A DNA stretch of 64,000 nt from a virus. Lineage: Duplodnaviria; Caudoviricetes. This document shows positions 57,655-64,000 of the stretch, in pieces (the first letter of the stretch is position 1; each line of letters opens with the position of its first letter). The translations under genes and the position numbers were made by a program. Under the pieces are notes generated by a model that saw nothing but the letters and a program-made list of their open reading frames with translations, was not told where the DNA came from and made no database searches. Where the stretch lies: positions 74-64,073 of IMG/VR virus record IMGVR_UViG_3300003690_000055. The stretch is one strand, 5' to 3'.

Positions 57655-59608
57655 CTTTTTCAGCCTCTTTTTTCTCCATCTGTTCTACAAGTCGACGAAC
57701 TCTCACGGTATTTTCAAACAATCTTGATTCGCTCTTATTATAAGTAGATTCGTTTTGTTCTTTTAGATATATCAAAGACTTGAAGTCTATTTTGCCCAGA
57801 CCCAAATCTTGCACCTGGGCGCCCGGCGGTTTGCGGACACGATTAGTACTTAGAGTTGGTGCTTCTGGCTTATAAGAGTTTTTAATTGCTTTACTTGTAC
57901 CAGCGCGTTTTCGGCCGTCGCCGCCTCGGCGGGCGACAGTTTGGTACGAACTCTTTTTATAATGTTTAACATCGGCGTCGATCTCACTCAAGTCCTCACG
58001 TCTTCCCGGGGCCGTAAGAAGCGCCGATTCTTCCCCTCCGAGTTCTTCACCGCCGAGCTCACCCTCCAGGCCGCCCAGCTCACCGCCAAGGTCACCCTCC
58101 AGGTCGCCAAGCTCACCGCCGAGCTCACCCCCGAGATCTTCGGCGGCGCCTTCCTCAGCAACACCCTCAAGAGCTTGCTGATACTTGCGATCATAAAAAG
58201 ACTCGCGCTGGTTGCGAAGAAACTCATCATCGGAAAGACCGAGAATATTAGTGGCAACCCAATGCTTACTATATGTGCCTTCCGGGATGGCGTTTGCAGT
58301 ATCAAACTTGGTACGCATATATTCTAGCTGCTGCAATTCAGCGAGACGAGATGGGTTGTTTAAAGATAATTTAAAACTAATTAAATCCTCACCACGGAAG
58401 CCTAGCGTATAAAGATGAACAATAGAAATTTTTTCTAATTCAGAAACAAGAGATCGTTGTAGTCTCTGAATTGTTCTCGAAAACCGAATGTCTTTTTGAG
58501 CAAGGGTTGTTTTGTCTTCATCGGCTCCCTCAAGATTTGTAAGATATGATTGAGGAATCTTAATTGCAGAAAACAACTTGTCTCTTAAATATTTAACATC
58601 CTCGATATCATCAAGAGATTTGGCGCCCGGGAGCGAAGTAATATCAGATCCTATTCCACCCCGCATTGGAATAAAATAATCCTCTTCCAAAGAAAGGGGA
58701 TTATATCGAAGATCGACCCGTCCAGTTGCAGAATCAACCAACGAATTACGTTTCATCTCTGTTTTAACTTTTTCCATATATTGAGCAACATCTTGAGGGG
58801 GAATGTTGCCCACATCAATTTTAAAGACGCGTCGTTCCGGTGCTCGGACCACACGATAAGCAATCATCGCATCTTCTAATAATGTAAGCTGACGCCAAAT
58901 TCGGCGGCAAGGATCTAGTACAGATGTTCCATACGGAGCGTGGCGATCGTTTCCAAGAATACGAAGATGAGCAACCTGCCAATTTTCAAAAGTCATACCA
59001 GCACCATTCCATTGAAATTGTACAAAATTGGGGTTGGTGGGATCTTGGCCCTCGAGCCTTTCAACCTCATTATTCGGCAGGCCCACTACTGATGTAATAC
59101 CTATCCTTTCATCAATATCTAAGTATAAAAAGAAATCGCCATATTTACACATTGAGCGAGCCCACCCGAACGCATTAAATTCTATATTTAAAACATCATA
59201 AAACAAAGAATTAAGAATTGTTTTGATTTCGTGATTCATACAATCAATCTTCAGTAATTTATCATATTCATCCGATGTTGTCATTTCATCGGCATAAATA
59301 TCTATAGCCGACGCAATCTCTGGCATATATTCCATCTGTTCAAAGTCAACATAACGCTCTGCACGATTTTGATTCCTAAACGCAGCTGATGTAAACAAGT
59401 TATAATTCTGCGACATGTTATTGTCGGCTCTTTTAAACTCTTGACCACTTAAAGATCTAAACCGATAACGATATTTATCTAAATCACCTCGTCGTTCCTG
59501 CCGGCCGGCCTGAGCGCGGTAGTTTATAATTGGACCAGATAAGAGTCTTGTTAACCTCTTAAACAGAGGCGCTACTGGGTTTCTTGGGTTTTTCTCGTTC
59601 TTAGCCAT
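57644..59608 (-). CDS. Portal protein (gp20-like)
   Basis: LEDAMIAYRVVRAPERRVFKIDVGN, EDYFIP.RG, LPG, DV.Y. Confidence 0.96.
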   Translation of the reverse strand: MAKNEKNPRNPVAPLFKRLTRLLSGPIINYRAQAGRQERRGDLDKYRYRFRSLSGQEFKRADNNMSQNYNLFTSAAFRNQNRAERYVDFEQMEYMPEIASAIDIYADEMTTSDEYDKLLKIDCMNHEIKTILNSLFYDVLNIEFNAFGWARSMCKYGDFFLYLDIDERIGITSVVGLPNNEVERLEGQDPTNPNFVQFQWNGAGMTFENWQVAHLRILGNDRHAPYGTSVLDPCRRIWRQLTLLEDAMIAYRVVRAPERRVFKIDVGNIPPQDVAQYMEKVKTEMKRNSLVDSATGRVDLRYNPLSLEEDYFIPMRGGIGSDITSLPGAKSLDDIEDVKYLRDKLFSAIKIPQSYLTNLEGADEDKTTLAQKDIRFSRTIQRLQRSLVSELEKISIVHLYTLGFRGEDLISFKLSLNNPSRLAELQQLEYMRTKFDTANAIPEGTYSKHWVATNILGLSDDEFLRNQRESFYDRKYQQALEGVAEEGAAEDLGGELGGELGDLEGDLGGELGGLEGELGGEELGGEESALLTAPGRREDLSEIDADVKHYKKSSYQTVARRGGDGRKRAGTSKAIKNSYKPEAPTLSTNRVRKPPGAQVQDLGLGKIDFKSLIYLKEQNESTYNKSESRLFENTVRVRRLVEQMEKKEAEKDET

Positions 59609-59611
59609 TAT

Positions 59612-61198
59612 TTATCCCTTAATGAGTCCGAGATATTGTTCGTTGAACTCGGCTCCCTCCAATGTTCGTTGATTTTCTTTTGTCATCTTGTGTCCACTCA
59701 TTCCTGGAATTGTTGTTGAGATACTCGTTTTTGACGTAGAAATAGAAGATATAAATTGTTTACTATATTCCACATTTTTTTGGCTCTCCACGATTACCAT
59801 ATCTCTCACCCAGCACCCAATAGCGAACGACATAACCAAATCATCATTATAGCTTCTCATCGCTTCCGGTCTTCCATTATGCCAAATAAACGTTTTCATT
59901 TCAGAAAGTAAGCGATTTGAGTTAATCTTAATTAGTTTGTTTCTCATAAACTCTTCCATCTTCGCAACAATCAAAGGTCGCGTTTTAGAAGAGGTTGTAA
60001 ACCCCGGAAGTACATTTGATTGCCATTGTGCCGTAACCGGATCAACATAGAGATGATCTCCTTTGGTTGAGTGATACAAGTTATGATACCCCTTATCAAG
60101 TAATTTTTTAAGTACTGCATAACCTATGTTGTTGTTTTCTATGACCAACATTGGATTTCCATACTCGCCGGCAACGTTATGTAAAATATCTGCGAAATCA
60201 TCGGGCGTCGGTTTTCCAACATATTCGGCAATTACTTCCATTGTCTCTAGTTCAAATATATGAAAGGCGCTATTGTCTTTACCGTCACCTCTCGCAACGT
60301 CTGCCACTATAAGATAGGGCTTTCCGGGATCATACCTTTTCCATATCCAATAGTTTCTATCAAATCCTGTTCGATATTCCGGAGCCACAGTTCGGTCTAA
60401 ATACCATTGAATATCGTCGGGATGAATAACTGTCTCACCAGATACATTAAAGTTGCACTCCAACTCTTGAGCTATCTGGCGCTTAGACATATTCTTGGTT
60501 TCTTTATCAAACCATTTTTTATCTCTGTCTGGATGAACATCCCACAATAAGGTGGTCATATAAAAATCATTTGTGCCTGCTTCGGCTTCCACACAACTTT
60601 GGTGAAACCAATTTCCCACACCATTTGGGGTCGAGAGAGCAATACAACGGCCGCCAGTTGATAGTGTAGGATAAAGGGCAGTCCACAATTCGGACAGTTT
60701 CTCAACGTGTGCGGCCTCATCAACAACCAATAGCGATAGTGCTTCAGAACGGCCCGCATCAGATGAAGTTGAAGAGCCTTTTATTTGTGATCCATTTGAA
60801 AGCTCAAAAGAGGTTCTGTTATCAATGGTAATTTCTGAAATTCTCATCCAATCCGGGAGATGCTTGATAATTGCTTTTACTTTTTTTACAAGATTTGTTG
60901 CTGTTTGTAGCTTGGTGGCGACAATAAGAATGTTCTTATCGCGGTGGAAAAGCATTAGCCAACTAATGTAAGCTGCGGTGATAGTGGAGATACCGAGTTG
61001 GCGTGCTTTAAGAATTATATTGAAACGATAATCGTTAAAATCTTTAAGCAATTCTTCTTGATAATCATATGCTTTAAAGGGAATTAGTCCTCTTTGGGGA
61101 TGGGAGATACGACAATAATTTGTAGTAAAATAGGCTGGATCTTTCCCGGCCTTGACGATCTCTTTTAATATCTCTTGCTTAGTGAGAGCATTGCCCAT
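59612..61198 (-). CDS. Terminase large subunit (gp17-like)
   Basis: KARQLGIST, VVDEAA, STPNG, QELEC, ADVARG, END-like IENN, DDLVM. Confidence 0.96.
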   Translation of the reverse strand: MGNALTKQEILKEIVKAGKDPAYFTTNYCRISHPQRGLIPFKAYDYQEELLKDFNDYRFNIILKARQLGISTITAAYISWLMLFHRDKNILIVATKLQTATNLVKKVKAIIKHLPDWMRISEITIDNRTSFELSNGSQIKGSSTSSDAGRSEALSLLVVDEAAHVEKLSELWTALYPTLSTGGRCIALSTPNGVGNWFHQSCVEAEAGTNDFYMTTLLWDVHPDRDKKWFDKETKNMSKRQIAQELECNFNVSGETVIHPDDIQWYLDRTVAPEYRTGFDRNYWIWKRYDPGKPYLIVADVARGDGKDNSAFHIFELETMEVIAEYVGKPTPDDFADILHNVAGEYGNPMLVIENNNIGYAVLKKLLDKGYHNLYHSTKGDHLYVDPVTAQWQSNVLPGFTTSSKTRPLIVAKMEEFMRNKLIKINSNRLLSEMKTFIWHNGRPEAMRSYNDDLVMSFAIGCWVRDMVIVESQKNVEYSKQFISSISTSKTSISTTIPGMSGHKMTKENQRTLEGAEFNEQYLGLIKG

Positions 61199-61206
61199 AA
61201 CATTTG

Positions 61207-61755
61207 CTACTTACCTTTACGCGTATCGTTCTTGGGGCGCTTATTCTTGGGTCCGAGGGCGAGCCAGTCTTTGATGGCATCTTTAAGTCGGTCCTCCTCT
61301 GAGCCTTTATTCACATCGATAACGTCAGTGAGGCCGCCGATGCGGTAATCACAATGCGCCTGGCAATCGGTACGGTAATTAGAAATCCTCTGTACCAAAA
61401 TGTGATGATCTCCTTCTTTGGTTAAAGTTAGGGTATTACCCGTTATATTCTTATATTCTTTCTTTAAAAATTTTACAATTTCTTTTAGCTGCCGAATGAT
61501 ATCGTCCTCAAAACCTTTGTCCTGGACTTCTTTAATCCGTATCTCGGCTTGATACTTTACCCTTAAAATGGGACCATGGAACGTAACACCAAAACCATCC
61601 ATTACGCGACGATCATTGATCAGGTGTCCCTCTTCGCGGCGGAGGCCTACTTTGTGGGCTTTGCCGTCTGCCTGTGTGGACTCGTCATGCGCACCATCAT
61701 ATGCATTGGCAGCTGCCTGACTAATTCCTTGAATGATTTCATATACTGTAGCCAT
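61207..61755 (-). CDS. Hypothetical protein
   Basis: ATG 61755 preceded by AAGGA. Confidence 0.7.
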   Translation of the reverse strand: MATVYEIIQGISQAAANAYDGAHDESTQADGKAHKVGLRREEGHLINDRRVMDGFGVTFHGPILRVKYQAEIRIKEVQDKGFEDDIIRQLKEIVKFLKKEYKNITGNTLTLTKEGDHHILVQRISNYRTDCQAHCDYRIGGLTDVIDVNKGSEEDRLKDAIKDWLALGPKNKRPKNDTRKGK

Positions 61756-61756
61756 A

Positions 61757-62143
61757 TTAATTTTCCTTATTCGGTCTCCAACCGGTTGTCCATCTCTCTT
61801 CTCTCCCGTCAATCCATTGTATATAGCATCCGAAGCAAGCTCCAAACTTGTTCATATACAAATCATCACGCGGATGAAAAGAATAAATAGAGCAAATAGG
61901 ACACGTCCTATTATGGTCTCTAGTAAGTAGTTTTTTGTTTATTAAAAATCCGTCTTGTTCTACTTTGTCTTGAGTTTCGGTTAATTTGGCAAACTTTTGT
62001 TGCTCTTCTTGAGATTGCACAATGTATTCTTGTTCTTTACCTTCGCTCCAAAAACGTTTTGGATTGTTAATAGCCTCTTCGCCATACTTTTGTGAAATGG
62101 CTTTTTCTAATTTAGCTATATAATCCTGGTCTTCGTTTTTCAT
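61757..62143 (-). CDS. Zinc-finger hypothetical protein
   Basis: CPIC...CFGC. Confidence 0.7.
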   Translation of the reverse strand: MKNEDQDYIAKLEKAISQKYGEEAINNPKRFWSEGKEQEYIVQSQEEQQKFAKLTETQDKVEQDGFLINKKLLTRDHNRTCPICSIYSFHPRDDLYMNKFGACFGCYIQWIDGREERWTTGWRPNKEN

Positions 62144-62424
62144 TCTTTCTCTTGAATCTGTTGTTCCATAAGCCCTTCTCTTTCGGATCGATTTTTATAA
62201 TCGGATTGCGCAAAATGAGATCTAAGAATTCCATCTATGGTTGCAGGAATTGTTTCTACAGCTGGATCATCCAAAAGTCTTTGCTGTTCTTTCTTCACCA
62301 CTCTTCCTATACATTTGCCCACTTTTGCCCGAACAGCGTCTTCAACCCACTGTTGTGGATCCAACACCGTATCAACAAATGCCTCCCATTCTAAATCTGT
62401 TATTTCAACTGATAATTTTTTCAT
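62140..62424 (-). CDS. Small protein downstream of the C1q fibre, possible chaperone
   Basis: 94 aa, AGGGG SD. Confidence 0.55.
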   Translation of the reverse strand: MKKLSVEITDLEWEAFVDTVLDPQQWVEDAVRAKVGKCIGRVVKKEQQRLLDDPAVETIPATIDGILRSHFAQSDYKNRSEREGLMEQQIQEKE

Positions 62425-62433
62425 ACTTTTCCC

Positions 62434-63879
62434 CTATCCTAGCATCCACCCCATTAATGTTACATAGCCAGTATTACCGGTTTCTGTATTTGCAGTACCT
62501 GATCTAATATATACTTGAACATAGGCTGTATCACTAGCTTCCATATCGGCAATAACACTTTGGTGATATGTGAAATAAGATACTACACCATCCTCCGCAA
62601 CATCTTGAAGACTCCCAAAATAAGTTCTATTAGAAGTAATTATTTTACTCCACGTATATTGGGTACCAGCCTGATCGATGCCGTCGATGCGTGCGCTAAA
62701 TGTTAGCAGATATTTACCATCTATAGGTGCTGTAAAAGTTCCATTGGTCGTATTGAAATCGCCTTGAGTATCGAATACTTCAGATAAACTTCCGCTAAGG
62801 GTCACCCATATATTAGATTCAAGAGTTTGGTTTCCCCCAGAGTAAGCCGAGAAAGCCGGTTGGTCATCGAGCGCAAGCACCGAAGCACTCATCACACCAT
62901 CTGATTCAATTGACATTCTTTCGATAAGTGTTGTGCCTCCATCAGCACACGTCCAGAATCGCAGTGCTCCGGGTCTCGAAGACCCATCAGTCCAAGTGCC
63001 GGTGCCCACTTCTCCGGTTATCATTGCAGCCGAATAATAAGTTCCATCATCGGTTTCGGTTGCATCGAAAATAACTTCGCCCAAGCTTTCACCAGCCTGG
63101 ATAACCGCATCATCATATCTTTCAAACCTAATTTCTCCGGCGGCGTTGGCGGTGCCATTCTTGCTCTCAAGTTTTAATTGTGGAAGATTGTTGCCAGTGG
63201 GGATAAGCGTAGTAGTAGCTGCTTGGATTGTTACGGTATCGGTGTAAGCGTCCCCGAGAGTGGTATTTCCATCAACCGTCAAGGCTCCCGCTACATCCAA
63301 GGTCGAACCATCCCACGTCAGGTTGGCGTCTCCTTCGACGGAATTACTATCGGTGAAGATGGCAATCTCATTATCAGTGCCGTTTGTTCCATCCACCAAC
63401 GTAGTTCCCCACACACGAGAATCAATTTCATCATGTTTAAGAACTCCTGAACCATCAATAACAATAACACTGTTATCAGTACCAGCAACAATTCCGTTAA
63501 TAGTGACTGTATCGCCAGACGCATCACCAAGAGTAGTACTCCCACTTACTCCAAGAGACCCAGTAATTCCGACTGGGCCAGTTTCGAGAGAGGCATTGAG
63601 AGCTAGCTTATTAGTAGATGCATTGAAAGAAATATTTGCATTTCCGGCGAGACCCGTAGACCCATCGGTTTGAAAGCCTTCGGTAAATACTATATTGTAC
63701 GCAATATTACCAGCTGAACTTGTAACATCTACGTGATCGGCGAGAATATTTGTAAGATTCTCCCCATCGCCATAAAAAGCAGACGCGGATATATTAGAAG
63801 ACGCTGATAGGTCTGTAACGTTATTTTCAACAAAATTTAAAAGGGCACCGCGGTCCCTAAAAACTATATCTTCACTCAC
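62434..63879 (-). CDS. Fibre / receptor-binding protein with a C-terminal C1q-like domain
   Basis: PAFSAY...FDTQGDFN..NGTFTAPIDGKYL. Confidence 0.72.
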   Translation of the reverse strand: MSEDIVFRDRGALLNFVENNVTDLSASSNISASAFYGDGENLTNILADHVDVTSSAGNIAYNIVFTEGFQTDGSTGLAGNANISFNASTNKLALNASLETGPVGITGSLGVSGSTTLGDASGDTVTINGIVAGTDNSVIVIDGSGVLKHDEIDSRVWGTTLVDGTNGTDNEIAIFTDSNSVEGDANLTWDGSTLDVAGALTVDGNTTLGDAYTDTVTIQAATTTLIPTGNNLPQLKLESKNGTANAAGEIRFERYDDAVIQAGESLGEVIFDATETDDGTYYSAAMITGEVGTGTWTDGSSRPGALRFWTCADGGTTLIERMSIESDGVMSASVLALDDQPAFSAYSGGNQTLESNIWVTLSGSLSEVFDTQGDFNTTNGTFTAPIDGKYLLTFSARIDGIDQAGTQYTWSKIITSNRTYFGSLQDVAEDGVVSYFTYHQSVIADMEASDTAYVQVYIRSGTANTETGNTGYVTLMGWMLG

Positions 63880-64000
63880 TTTTTACAATCTCCGTCGATA
63901 TAGCGAATATCCCCAGAGATGCGAGTGTGCCAATAGTAAACCCTAAAGCAACCATCCACGGCTCTTTGGTTGGGCTTTGCTCCAGAATCAATTTCTCAAG
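63876..64000 (-). CDS. Partial gene with a C-terminal transmembrane segment
   Basis: ...PWMVALGFTIGTLASLGIFAISTEIVKK* with a GTGA overlap. Confidence 0.55.

Noticed and set aside
58030-58140. GGELGG repeats in the portal tail as a DNA repeat element
   Set aside because: This is a low-complexity acidic protein linker in frame with the portal.
28-63673. Plus-strand ORFs in the track
   Set aside because: They are antisense shadows of well-supported minus-strand genes and have no recognisable motifs.
1-64000. Stop-codon reassignment
   Set aside because: Long conserved genes are intact in the standard code, and TAG, TGA and TAA all end genes at expected positions.
1-64000. tRNA, rRNA, integrase or transposase
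   Set aside because: None was recognisable by eye and intergenic gaps are mostly too short. tRNAscan-SE would be decisive.

Overview
A 64 kb segment of a large lytic myovirus genome, distantly T4-like and probably uncultured. Essentially every credible gene is on the minus strand. Positions 1-27 kb hold replication and metabolism genes: a DnaE-type polymerase, a separate minimal PolA-family polymerase, 5'-3' exonuclease, gp41/DnaB helicase, gp32-like SSB, RecA/UvsX, class II RNR, dUTPase, PurA, a GuaB/GuaC-family enzyme, a MazG-like protein, IscU, IscA, GroES-like and ClpP-like proteins, a divergent tubulin/FtsZ-like protein, two DNA methyltransferases and a nuclease-ParB-MTase cassette. Positions 27-64 kb hold virion genes: baseplate, tape measure, tail chaperone with a likely programmed frameshift, tube, sheath, neck, major capsid, scaffold, fibres, prohead protease, portal and terminase, with a phage ribosomal protein bS21 embedded. 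Two promoter classes are visible. Near-consensus sigma70 promoters occur only in the left half, and three of them look leaderless. A CTAnTTA motif precedes virion genes. The main leads are a pervasive [S/T]-[G/A]-S motif in virion-surface proteins (candidate modification sequon), a duplicated covarying hairpin/pseudoknot around the SSB-Hc1 genes, a possible GMP-to-AMP rebalancing pathway, and late genes with shared N-terminal tags that may be head-packaged cargo. Several genes carry deletions or frameshifts that look like read or assembly errors. All calls come from motif recognition by eye; no database searches were run.
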